Assembly: GCA_038227875.1 (NCBI GenBank)
Contig: JBBRPR010000016.1
Location: 1-64,000 of the forward strand
Direction: 5' to 3'
Length of the DNA stretch: 64,000 nucleotides
DNA from: Planctomycetota bacterium
GTDB lineage: Bacteria > Planctomycetota > SZUA-567 > H5-PLA8
Shown here: positions 1 through 9,307 of the stretch, piece after piece
Layout of the letters: each line of letters starts with the position of its first letter
Numbering within the stretch: the first letter of the stretch is position 1
Made by a program: the position numbers and the translations under genes
The notes under the pieces: generated by a model
Databases searched by the model: none
Told to the model about the DNA's origin: nothing
The model's input: only the letters and a program-made list of their open reading frames with translations

Positions 1-142
1 CGAAACGTGTCTCCCGCTGCCTGCGGCCCCATCCTGCCAACCTCTTCCACTATTTCGTCACTTTCCATTTTCATCGCTCCCATACCTTTCTTCATCGGCA
101 CGGGACGCTCTTCAATTTTCAACAATCAGTGGGACGCTTCCC
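1..142 (-). mobile_element. Left end of a probable IS element (IS256-like) with start of transposase, running off the window
   Basis: Minus strand reads GGGAAGCGTCCC from 142, exactly where the neighbouring kinase loses its expected continuation. GGGACGCT is repeated at 102-109 and 131-138. An ORF MESDEIVEEVGRMGPQAAGDTF.. (ATG 68, GGAG upstream) recalls N-termini of planctomycete IS256 transposases (from memory). Confidence 0.5.
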
Positions 143-814
143 TAAACGGACTGCCTCAAGTTCAAATGCGAGTCCTATTCCGGATCGAATTCGGCTGACG
201 TCCAGCAGTTCCCGCAGCATGGACTCAAGGCGTTCCAGATTCTTGCCAATCTTGTCTGCGACATGCAACGATTCCATCGACGCGGTGGAGTCCTGCTTGA
301 TGATATAAACGCCCATCGTCGCTGCGTGGATGGGGCTCCGCAAATCATGCACTAGCGTGAGCGCAAATTGCTCTTGAGTTTGCCGTTGGATCTCAGCAAA
401 TTGGGTCGCCGCCGCAGTTAGCGCCTGGTTGATTACGCTAATAATCGTCTTCCGGTCATTTGTGGGAATTGAATATTGCTCTTCCAGGATTTCCAAAATG
501 ACCCGTTGCAAGATCTGGAATTCCAAAATTACTTCTGCTAGCGTGTAGTGCAACGGTTCAATCGCACGACCGCCTCCATGCACCTTCGCAAAATTGACAA
601 TATTCAATTTGTCTTGTGCCGCACGAACCTCAGTTTTCTCCACGGTAGTCGAGAGTTCGTCTGCCAAATACTCCAAAAAGGAATGAATTGCGTTTTTTAA
701 TACTAAGGAAGTTACACCTGCTGAGGAGAGAATGTTCTGGTAGGCCTGCTCTTCCCAAATGGCGAGAATTCTGGGTATATTGCGCCTCAGACTTTCAGAA
801 ATCCCGTTTTCCAT
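119..814 (-). pseudogene. Truncated sensor histidine kinase (helical N-domain + HisKA, no HATPase domain)
   Basis: H-box LVHDLRSPI and LLDVSRI are present. The ORF ends FELEAVRL-GKRPTDC* with no N/G boxes. ATG at 814. Confidence 0.75.
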
Positions 815-948
815 AACTCTTTTTCCCTTTCTGCGCACTGCGTTGTTTGATCGAAGCGGGATGTCGCTTGAAACATTTTGTGAGTGACAGCCTGGTCGAT
901 TTAAGGAATTTACTGCGGGTAATTTCCAATGTTACCCCTTTATCTTCG

Positions 949-1143
949 TTAGAAACCAGGTACCGTGCGTTTCATTTCGATCACTGCGGGAGTTCCGGCA
1001 GTAGCGATTACACGGTAACAGCAGCCGCATTCCGAGCAGCGCCAGTAAGTCAGCAGGGTGCCATTGCCGGGTTTGTGTATCTTCTGGGCTACGCCGCAGG
1101 AGGGTGTTGAGCAGAAAATTAAGTCAGATTCCAGCCGTTTCAT
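949..1143 (-). CDS. Possible small Cys-rich (zinc-ribbon-like) protein
   Basis: MKRLES..CSTPSC..CSECGCC; short, no clear RBS. Confidence 0.3.
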   Translation of the reverse strand: MKRLESDLIFCSTPSCGVAQKIHKPGNGTLLTYWRCSECGCCYRVIATAGTPAVIEMKRTVPGF

Positions 1144-1589
1144 AATCCGTAATTTCGCAATTTGGGTGCCGACCGGTCTGGTCGAAAGGTTTTGAGTGAT
1201 GCCATAGATAGGCCTAATCTGGCATATTTTCTGGCGGCTTGTGTTGCCAGCCATTTGTGTGTGTTGACTCAGTATCAGGCAGATCATGTCAGTGGGTAAC
1301 GGTCCAACCCTGAGCGTACTTGCCATTTTTTCACGCCTTTACGCGGGAAGATCATGGGAGCCTAGAACTTTCCTGGGAACGGCAGGCATGCAGCAACCCT
1401 CGAAGTTTGGAAAAAATTCATATCCGATGGATACGAAACGGGCGAATTTCTATTCGAGTCAGGTTTGCAACACTTCGGTCGGGGTCGGTTCGACCGCGCC
1501 TGACGATGTATGCAAGTCAATATGCGAATCCGAGGCCGGAATTCCCGCCTATGAGTGTGGGTTAAGCCTGTCTCAAAGTAATCCAAGCC

Positions 1590-3230
1590 TCAGGCAAAAA
1601 GCGATTTCAAATCGGATCGCGGTTCCCAAGCCGCCGGCACCCCGAGTGAACCGATCAATTCGATCAGTAATGCGGGATCGACGGGCTTGGTTAAATTCAG
1701 ATCGAAGCCCGCCTCCGCAGCGCGTCGTTTGTCGCTGGGTTGGCCGTAGCCCGTCAGAGCGACGAGAATCCTGTGCTGGAAGGCGGAATCGGCTCTGCAC
1801 GTTCTGGCAAACGCGTATCCGTCCATGTCGCCGGGCAGTCCGATATCGCACACAATAATTTCCGGACCTGACATTTGCGCGGCACGCAGTCCCGTTGCCG
1901 CGGTTAAGGCGATCGTGACCTCATGCCCTTCCTGCTGCAGTAAAATGCACATCATCTCGGCGGTGTCCACGTTGTCTTCGACGATCAGGATGCGGCGGCC
2001 CTTTCCTTTCAGCACCGGAATCGGGCTGGCCTGGACCAGTTCCGGCGTGCTCTCGAGCGGAAATTGAATCGAGATTTCCGACCCCAGGCCCAGTCCCCTA
2101 CTGGTCGCCTTCACATGGCCGCCATGCAATTCAACTATTCCTTTTACCGTCGACAAGCCCAGCCCCAAGCCACCGTTGGTTCGGGCAATCGGCTGTTCAG
2201 CTTGTGTAAACGGTTCGAAAATGGAGCCCAGTGTTTCTGAAGTCATGCCCAGCCCGGAATCGCTGACCATTAGTTCCGCCTGCGTCTCAGACATGGCCGA
2301 CACCCGCACCGAGATGCGATCGCCGGCCCGTGTGAACTTCTTCGCATTTTGAAGCAAGTTGCCCAGCACCTGGCAGATACGCGTGGGGTCAGCCATGATC
2401 CACAAGGGCTGCGGCCAGTACTCCGTCGTTACGGATGCGCCGGACCCTTCGACCTCTGTCCGATAGTCATCGGTGGTCTGCCGGGTCAGCTCGTTCAATT
2501 CGATATGTTCGTTATGCAGGACGATATTCCCCTGAGAAAATCGCGCCAGGTCGAGCAGGTCATCGACAATCCGGGTCATGTGTTGCGACTGGCGAAGAAT
2601 GATGCCGCAGGCTTGCTTCAGCCCGGGGTCGTCTTTCAACGCCTGTTGCAGGACGTGAGCGGCCGCGCGAATGGGTGCGAGCGGATTGCGCAGTTCGTGG
2701 CCCAGCATGGCGATAAAAACATCCTTCTGCTTGCCGGCCCCCTGGAGCATGCAACGCTCGTAATCCGCCAGCTTGCGCGCTTCCTGTTCCTTCCGGGATG
2801 TTTCGTTGTTCTGGATCAGCGCGAGGTCTGCCTGCCGCTTGTCTTCGCGCAATCGCTTCTGTTCCAGCGCCTGAGCCACCGCCTGTCCCAGCCGCGCGAG
2901 CCGGTCTTTCATGATGTAGTCGGCCGCACCGTGTTTCATGACCTCGACTGCGCGTTCTTCGCCGATAGTTCTCGAGACCAGTATGAAGGGAATTTCGGAC
3001 CGGAGCTGATTCAGAATTTTCAGTGCGGACAAGGCATCAAATTCAGGCGTGGAAAAATCGGCGAGAATAACATCCGGCAAGGGCGTCAGAGCCAATTGAG
3101 TCCGGAATGTCTGTTCGGTCTCGACGCGCACGGCAACCGGCGCAAACTTGGTATGACGGAGCGCGTTCAAAATGAGTTCCGCGTCCGACGGGTTGTCCTG
3201 AAGAAGAAGAATGCGCAGCGGTATGGTCAT
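1590..3230 (-). CDS. Hybrid histidine kinase/response regulator (REC-HisKA-HATPase-REC)
   Basis: N-terminal REC, HELRNPL H-box, NLLQNAKKF, DSGLG, GLGLGL, C-terminal REC (IVEDN, CDIGLP, KP). Confidence 0.95.
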   Translation of the reverse strand: MTIPLRILLLQDNPSDAELILNALRHTKFAPVAVRVETEQTFRTQLALTPLPDVILADFSTPEFDALSALKILNQLRSEIPFILVSRTIGEERAVEVMKHGAADYIMKDRLARLGQAVAQALEQKRLREDKRQADLALIQNNETSRKEQEARKLADYERCMLQGAGKQKDVFIAMLGHELRNPLAPIRAAAHVLQQALKDDPGLKQACGIILRQSQHMTRIVDDLLDLARFSQGNIVLHNEHIELNELTRQTTDDYRTEVEGSGASVTTEYWPQPLWIMADPTRICQVLGNLLQNAKKFTRAGDRISVRVSAMSETQAELMVSDSGLGMTSETLGSIFEPFTQAEQPIARTNGGLGLGLSTVKGIVELHGGHVKATSRGLGLGSEISIQFPLESTPELVQASPIPVLKGKGRRILIVEDNVDTAEMMCILLQQEGHEVTIALTAATGLRAAQMSGPEIIVCDIGLPGDMDGYAFARTCRADSAFQHRILVALTGYGQPSDKRRAAEAGFDLNLTKPVDPALLIELIGSLGVPAAWEPRSDLKSLFA

Positions 3231-3502
3231 GAACGAATGCCTCGTTGAGCCGGGTCATTTCGCAGGAAAGTCGACCAGGCCGCGGCTGCTTGTTGAACCG
3301 CAGCAGTAGTAGCCCAATTGTCGCGCTGCTTCGCTGACCCATACCGCGCGATAACATGGCATTTTGAGAGCTCTCGAATTGGAGAAATACTCAGCTTAAT
3401 TAATGATCAGATTAGTCCACCTGGAGTCGGCTCCAGGCAGCCCGAAAGAATGGAAGTCCCACGTCTGCGTTAACTCTGCGGATTGACGTTGCAGTTCCCA
3501 TG

Positions 3503-3697
3503 TTACACCAGGGCCCGTTCTTCCAGAGCGGGCCGCCTAGTCGACGTGTAACCCGATTGCATCAGCACCATTTTTTCACTACAGGAACAGAGGAGCTTCT
3601 GCGTTTCCTGGTGCCCTGAAGTCTGGGCACCGGACAAGACCATGAGCTGCAGGTGGCAGTTAAGGCATTCATAAACATCGCCGCGGCGTGGCATCAT
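3503..3697 (-). CDS. Small desulforedoxin-like metal-binding protein
   Basis: GDVYECLNC...LLCSCSEKM resembles the desulforedoxin pattern GDVYKCxxC...LVCCGEDM. AGGAG RBS upstream. Confidence 0.55.
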   Translation of the reverse strand: MMPRRGDVYECLNCHLQLMVLSGAQTSGHQETQKLLCSCSEKMVLMQSGYTSTRRPALEERALV

Positions 3698-4025
3698 CGT
3701 CGAACTCCTTAAAAGCGATCACGCTGCTATCTCATCACGAAGTTCGCGATACACCCAGCGCCGCAATACCCACCGCACCACAATCACGGCGATGGTGTAT
3801 CCAACCGGGTTGCTCTGCAATTTGTGTAGTGACACGGCGACTCTCCTTGAGGACGGTCGATTCGCGCAACGGAGGGCATTCCAAAGCACGTCAAAGGCCA
3901 ACGGCACCAAATCCTCTTGAAATTGTAACTGGCTCGAGCAGGTTATGAATTCCAGGCTTCGTGACAGAAATGAAAATCAGTCAGGTTGCCGCTAAATCGC
4001 CTTTTGAAAATATCGAAACGGAGAA

Positions 4026-4040
4026 TGGCAGAATTCTTGC
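4026..4040 (+). promoter_or_regulatory. Candidate sigma-54 promoter
   Basis: TGGCAG-N5-TTGC with correct GG/GC spacing. Confidence 0.45.
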
Positions 4041-4233
4041 GACAGGCGGAAGCGGCACTCGTACAGGGCGCGTGAAAATACTTCTGGAAAACGGACCCTT
4101 TCGTTGATCCATTATCATTCAGGCCGAATCGGAATCAGTCAGGAACCACATCGGGAGGGCGATGGATTTGGACTGTAATTCTCTATAATTTGACCAGCAC
4201 AGGAGTGACGGTGGGGGCAGCCATGTTGCGTCT

Positions 4234-4255
4234 ATTAATTAATTAATTAATTAAT
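4234..4255. repeat. Palindromic (TTAA)n tract
   Basis: ATTAATTAATTAATTAATTAAT in a GC-rich genome. Confidence 0.9.
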
Positions 4256-4294
4256 GAAGATGATCTGAATCAGTGCGCACTTTACGCCGAAGAA

Positions 4295-4603
4295 TTGACC
4301 GACGACTGCCACGATGTCGTGTGCGCATCAAAACGGATTGCAAGCGCTGGAAGTGATTCGGCGACACCTTCCCGACCTAGTGATAGTACCGGGCAGCGGT
4401 TGATTGGTGAGAGCCCCGCCCTCCGCCAGTTCTATGCCGTAAAACTGAAGGAAGCGGAGGACGCTTGCGAAAAATGCCATGTCGAAATCGCCGCCGCCAT
4501 TCTTTCTCGTTCCGTTACGCTCGACCTGCTTCACGAGGAATCCACTGCAGGCAAACTCAACACTGAAGAGTACGACCGGAAAATCCTCATAACGCGCTCC
4601 TAG
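4295..4603 (+). CDS. Possible hypothetical protein
   Basis: ORF ends 11 nt before the sigma-54 activator; no recognisable motif; start uncertain. Confidence 0.25.
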   Translation: MTDDCHDVVCASKRIASAGSDSATPSRPSDSTGQRLIGESPALRQFYAVKLKEAEDACEKCHVEIAAAILSRSVTLDLLHEESTAGKLNTEEYDRKILITRS

Positions 4604-4614
4604 AGAACATTTCC

Positions 4615-6534
4615 ATGCCAGGTAAATCGACTGCAAAAGAGAGCGCCCCAGTCGATTTGATCGCTCGTCGCATCGCTGCTCATCAAAGTGTTGCCCGCGT
4701 GCTCTCCGAAGCCGAGACGCTGCGCGATGCATCGACCCGGATTCTGCATGAGATTGCCGGAGCGCTCGGATGGAGCATCGGCATTCTCTGGCGCGTGGAC
4801 AACGACGCGCAGGTAATGGTCTGCGAAGAAGTCTGGAGCGCCCCGGCGCTTCATTCGGAAAAGTTCATCGCCAAGGTCAAGGATTCCTGCTTGGCGCCGG
4901 ACGCCGGCCTCGCCGGCCAAGTCTGGAACTCATGCCAGCCCGTCTGGGTTGATGACTATGCCGACCCCGACCTGCCGCCCAAATCCGACGCGAAAGTGAA
5001 TGCGCGCGGCGCCGTCTGCATTCCCATCAAGCTGAAAGACAGAGTCTTGGGCGCGATGGAATTCCTGGGAAACGACCAGCGCCGCCCGGACGCCTCAATC
5101 GAAGAGATAATGGTTGTCATCGGCAACCTCGTCGGCCTGTTCATGGAACGGCTCTCCACCGCCGATGCACTGCGCGAGAGTGAAGAGCGCTACCGGCTGC
5201 TGGCGGATACGTCCGCCGCGGATGTGCTGGTCACCATCGACGAAACTCTGAAAATCCTCTTCGTTAATTCCGCGGCCGAACGGGTCTTTGGTTTTGCGCC
5301 ACGCGAGCTGATTGGACTACCGTTGACGCGGATCATTCCAGAGTTCGCCGCTCGCGAACGTCTCTTCGATCGGACTGACCGGCCCAGTTCAGACAAGTAC
5401 ATCGAAATTTCAGGCGTAAAGAAGTCTGGCGAAAAAGCGGCCCTCGAGGCTGCTTTCGCGCCATACCTTGGGAAGGGAAAGCGCTACGCCACCGGCATTC
5501 TTCGCCACATCGGCGAACGCAAACGCGCCGAACTGACGCTCCGCGCCAGCGAGCAGAAATTTCAGAGCGGACTGGCCACCACGCCGGCCGGGCAGATCAT
5601 CGCCGAATCGCCGGTTATGATCGAACTTCTCGAACGCGTGAAGAAGTCCGCCGCCAGCGACGCGCCGATTCTGATTCAAGGCGAAACCGGAAGCGGCAAG
5701 GAATGCATCGCGCTCCTCCTGCATCAGCACTCCGTGCGCGCCGGCATGGCGTTCGTGGCGCGGAATTGCGCGGCCATTCCCGCCAATCTCTTCGAATCCG
5801 AAATGTTCGGCCACAAAAAGGGCGCCTTCACTGGCGCGGAACGGGAACGCAGCGGCGCCTTCGTCGAAGCCGACCGCGGTACGTTGTTTCTCGACGAGAT
5901 CGGCGATCTGGACTACAGCCTGCAGACTAAACTGCTGCGTGCGATCCAGGAAAAAATTATCCATCCGCTCGGCAGCGATCGGGAAGTCCAAGTCAATCCA
6001 CGCATCGTCTGCGCCTCTAACAAGGACCTTCGCGAGTGCGTGAAGTCCAAGCTCTTCCGCGAGGACTTATATTACCGCGTGGCGACAGTCGTACTGATTG
6101 TCCCGCCGTTGCGTGAGCGCCGCGCCGACATCATGCCGCTGGCCCGTCACTTCGTCGGTGTAGCCAGCAAATGGTCGCGAACACTGGCCGACAACGCGGA
6201 AGAAGCCCTGCTGGCGTATCCCTGGCCCGGCAACGCGCGCGAATTGCGCTCGCAGATGGAACAGGCCGTCATTTTCGCTCTCGGAAGCGAAATCCAGGCC
6301 TCAGAACTCACCTTTCCCATATCGCTGGGCATGTCCGAGAACCACAGCCAATCGCTGGCTGAGGTGGAACGGCGCTATATTCTTCAGGTGATGCAAACCA
6401 CCAATCAGAACAAAAGCGCCGCCGCAAAAATTCTCAAGCTCGCGCGAAGCACCCTGTTGTTGAAACTTCGCTCCTTCGAATCGCGAGCCACCTCGGCGAT
6501 CCCGCCCAGCATTCCCCAAGAACTGCCAGAATAG
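4615..6534 (+). CDS. Sigma-54-dependent activator (GAF-PAS-AAA+-Fis HTH)
   Basis: GETGSGKE, ESEMFGHKKGAFTGA, LFLDEIG, FREDLYYR, WPGNAREL, C-terminal HTH. Confidence 0.95.
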   Translation: MPGKSTAKESAPVDLIARRIAAHQSVARVLSEAETLRDASTRILHEIAGALGWSIGILWRVDNDAQVMVCEEVWSAPALHSEKFIAKVKDSCLAPDAGLAGQVWNSCQPVWVDDYADPDLPPKSDAKVNARGAVCIPIKLKDRVLGAMEFLGNDQRRPDASIEEIMVVIGNLVGLFMERLSTADALRESEERYRLLADTSAADVLVTIDETLKILFVNSAAERVFGFAPRELIGLPLTRIIPEFAARERLFDRTDRPSSDKYIEISGVKKSGEKAALEAAFAPYLGKGKRYATGILRHIGERKRAELTLRASEQKFQSGLATTPAGQIIAESPVMIELLERVKKSAASDAPILIQGETGSGKECIALLLHQHSVRAGMAFVARNCAAIPANLFESEMFGHKKGAFTGAERERSGAFVEADRGTLFLDEIGDLDYSLQTKLLRAIQEKIIHPLGSDREVQVNPRIVCASNKDLRECVKSKLFREDLYYRVATVVLIVPPLRERRADIMPLARHFVGVASKWSRTLADNAEEALLAYPWPGNARELRSQMEQAVIFALGSEIQASELTFPISLGMSENHSQSLAEVERRYILQVMQTTNQNKSAAAKILKLARSTLLLKLRSFESRATSAIPPSIPQELPE

Positions 6535-6580
6535 ACTCGCGGCAAGGGAAGCAGAACTTCAATTCGTCTGGGGCATTACT

Positions 6581-7009
6581 CTAGTTCGATTCCATGTAAA
6601 CGTCGTAATTGCTTTTGGTCAAGTAGGTACTAATCCGGGACGGAAAGGCCCATCCGTTCTTGGCGTAGAGCAGGTACCAGTGGGCCACTTCCAATTTGTC
6701 GCTTGCGGTTAGCGGATTGGATCGATTTTCTTCGAAATGCTTTTTCTTTTCGAAAAAGAAATCCAGCAATTTATCGTTGGCATAAGATGCTTCGTCTGAA
6801 ATTGACCCGTTTTCATTCATCGCATCGGCGGCCCGGGAGTGAAACGCGCGTACCCAGGATGCGTCCACGGTCTCCTGGCTGTAAGCATTGAGATACGATT
6901 GCACCTCGTCAGCGAGTGTCTCCTCTGCAATGGCGTGGGTGCATGAGGCAGCGACGAGCGTTCCAGCGACGAGGATGAGTCCAAATCGGTGACTTCGAAT
7001 CCATTTCAT
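6581..7009 (-). CDS. Exported hypothetical protein
   Basis: GAGG RBS; signal peptide MKWIRSHRFGLILVAGTLVAASC. Confidence 0.7.
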   Translation of the reverse strand: MKWIRSHRFGLILVAGTLVAASCTHAIAEETLADEVQSYLNAYSQETVDASWVRAFHSRAADAMNENGSISDEASYANDKLLDFFFEKKKHFEENRSNPLTASDKLEVAHWYLLYAKNGWAFPSRISTYLTKSNYDVYMESN

Positions 7010-7348
7010 GGTTCACCTCAGTTTTATGCGCTCACTGCGCGCTACAGCATCAATCCTCACAAGCTACAAGTAAGCACTTCCCGCGCCGCGATTCTAGCGC
7101 GTCGCCTGTATTCATTCAGGGCTGGCGCTTATCGTTGTCGTCATCGCCTTCTCCTTCTCCGGCCTCGCTCCGGAGTCGCCCGCGCGCGGAGGATCACGTC
7201 CCCAGTTGCTGACGTAGGCATTGCCACCAGTTGTTGTGACCACCGTATACGCGCATCTGACACTTCTGCCGTGAAGAGTAGAGGCGCCGCAGCGCTCAGC
7301 ATCACAACTGCGATTTATAAGTCATTGAAGCAATGCTGTGATTGCTAA

Positions 7349-7363
7349 TGGGACAGTAGTTGC
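7349..7363 (+). promoter_or_regulatory. Candidate sigma-54 promoter
   Basis: TGGGAC-N5-TTGC. Confidence 0.35.
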
Positions 7364-7719
7364 CGAATTGAATACACACCTTGAACGCAAGCCCTGCGTC
7401 CATTGCAAGGGTTCCTCCCGCCAGCCAAAGTGCCGCGCAGTTTCAGCGATTCGTTGGCTTCGTGGATATATTCGACACCGTTATTCATCGTCACGCGTTT
7501 GCTGCGCCGCTGCCGAGCAGCGTCGAAAGTCAGATAGGCAGTGACGCAAAAACGAGACGGCCAGATGGTGCGCTGTTGACGGTTTAAGTACTCGCGTCTG
7601 CTCGATTGAAGCTACGTACACAGGAAGAACCGAATACTAATCGATTATTGAACTCGCGCGCCAGTAAGGCCGACCGCTTGCTCCACTGCAACACGGTGAA
7701 GGACATAGGAGGTACGGTT

Positions 7720-7791
7720 ATGCTAGGTTACGGATTGCTGGGAACGGTGCTCGTCATTTTGTTGATCGTGTATTTGGCGAAGCGTGTTTGA
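7720..7791 (+). CDS. 23-aa single-helix membrane peptide (DUF3309-like)
   Basis: AGGAGG RBS then MLGYGLLGTVLVILLIVYLAKRV*. Confidence 0.65.
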   Translation: MLGYGLLGTVLVILLIVYLAKRV

Positions 7792-8074
7792 TTGTGTCAA
7801 TGTCAACGCCCGCCCCCTGGATTTCGAGGGGGCGGAGTGGTTGACCCGATGAGGTCTGTATTTGTCTGAACTCGACTGCCAACGCCTTCATTGGAATTGA
7901 ACGGCGAAGTACCCTTCGCCACCGCGCATTAATTCGTGAGGGCAAGCAAATAGCTCCTCTTTGTTGTGGATTATTTCGCTACGGCGGAATGTCGATAGTT
8001 GTCCGAAAACCACTTCATCATGCTTCGGGTGAGAAATTGACGTTCGGAATATTGAATGTAGGAATTCGTATCGA

Positions 8075-8400
8075 AGGCCACCGCCATGCGTTTGCCATCG
8101 ACGTTGATTTCTTCGCCGTGTTCGGCTACCCACTGGTGGCGGCGAAACCCAATTAATCCCCACGGGGTACTGGGCTTCGGGTGATGGAGTATAGTTTACG
8201 AAAACTGCTGCGGCCCCGGAACCCACCACGAGGTTGCGCACAAACCGTTCGTGCGTTGGGTAATCGCCAAGCACCCAACCGCCGCCGTGGAAAAACATGA
8301 AAACCCGCAGGTCATTTTCATGCCAGCCGGACGCACCACGGTAATCGCAGGTTTTTTGGCTTTCGGTCACATCGCATTTAGGAAGATCAGTTTTAAGCAA
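8075..8400 (-). pseudogene. Frameshifted fragment of an HSL-family esterase
   Basis: FFHGGGWVLGDYPTHERFVR..VNYTPSPEAQYP continues in another frame as WVAEHGEEINVDGKRMAVA and ends before the catalytic GxSxG. Confidence 0.8.
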
Positions 8401-8979
8401 TTCCTGTGATTTAACGAGCACCACACGAGCACGCAGCGCGATTCCTTCGATCATGGTCGCTGCCGGCGCTCGAAGAACCAAGACGAGTTGCCGGACCTTT
8501 TCGGAAGAGCGATCCGACTGTTTGCGAACGCGATGATTCTTTTCCAGCAATCGGCAGCAGCGCCAGGCCGTGTTCCCTTCGTTTCTGCGGAGCGCATGGC
8601 ACTGCTCCAGACCGGAGTAGGATTCGCCCGATGCCCAGCCCAGGTAAATCTTCAAAAACAACGCCGGTCTTTCGCGAACGTCTTCGATTGTCATTCCAGA
8701 CTTCCGATCACCACCATTGCGCTTGGCCATTCGCTACCTCCCAGTCTTGTGGCGGCGCCGCAGCGTCGCCGGGTTACCGCGGTTCGATGGAACCCCGGAG
8801 CCAGACATTAAGGGAGCGTGTCAATGCGGTCGCGCACTGTCCACAGTTGATTTTCGGAATTGACCGACTACGACTAGGGCATTGACCGTCGAATCACGGA
8901 AGCGCGATACCATCAGGTTATCGAATTAGGATAGAGGGTAAAAACGAGAGGTAATATAAAAAATGCAAGTACTTTGTCA

Positions 8980-9023
8980 GTAACACTTTAATATCTCGTC
9001 ACATACTGTAACATTTTGTAACA
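8980..9023. promoter_or_regulatory. Phased GT(A/C)ACA direct repeats
   Basis: GTAACA 8980, GTCACA 8998, GTAACA 9008, GTAACA 9018 (the last three on a 10-bp period). Confidence 0.5.
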
Positions 9024-9106
9024 TTCGCCTATCAAAAGTTGTGGTACTTCACACCGTGCAATTCGGCGAAATGTTACAGGGTTGAACGGCAAACGGCCAA
9101 ACAGAC

Positions 9107-9142
9107 GGGATCGCGGATCGGGAATCGCGGATCGGGAATCGG
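9107..9142. repeat. Heptamer tandem repeat (GGAATCG/CGGATCG)
   Basis: Direct reading. Confidence 0.8.
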
Positions 9143-9180
9143 TGGTTAGGTTGGCGCAGGGTGCTGACCATCTTCACCCA

Positions 9181-9216
9181 GACCTTTGTGCCTTTGTGCC
9201 TTTGGGCACAAAGGTC
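9181..9216. terminator. Hairpin built from CCTTTGTG units downstream of the ABC permeases
   Basis: GACCTTTGTGCC...GGCACAAAGGTC, 12-bp stem. Confidence 0.5.
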
Positions 9217-9307
9217 TGTCATCTTCATCGCACTCAACGCGCAACAGACAATTCGACTTCGCTAAAAGTAGTCCAATTACTCGATGCCCCCGATCCTATC
9301 CGTCCGT

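Noticed and set aside
7888..8730. Intact 280-aa esterase
   Set aside because: Homology is fragmentary and frameshifted; catalytic serine absent.
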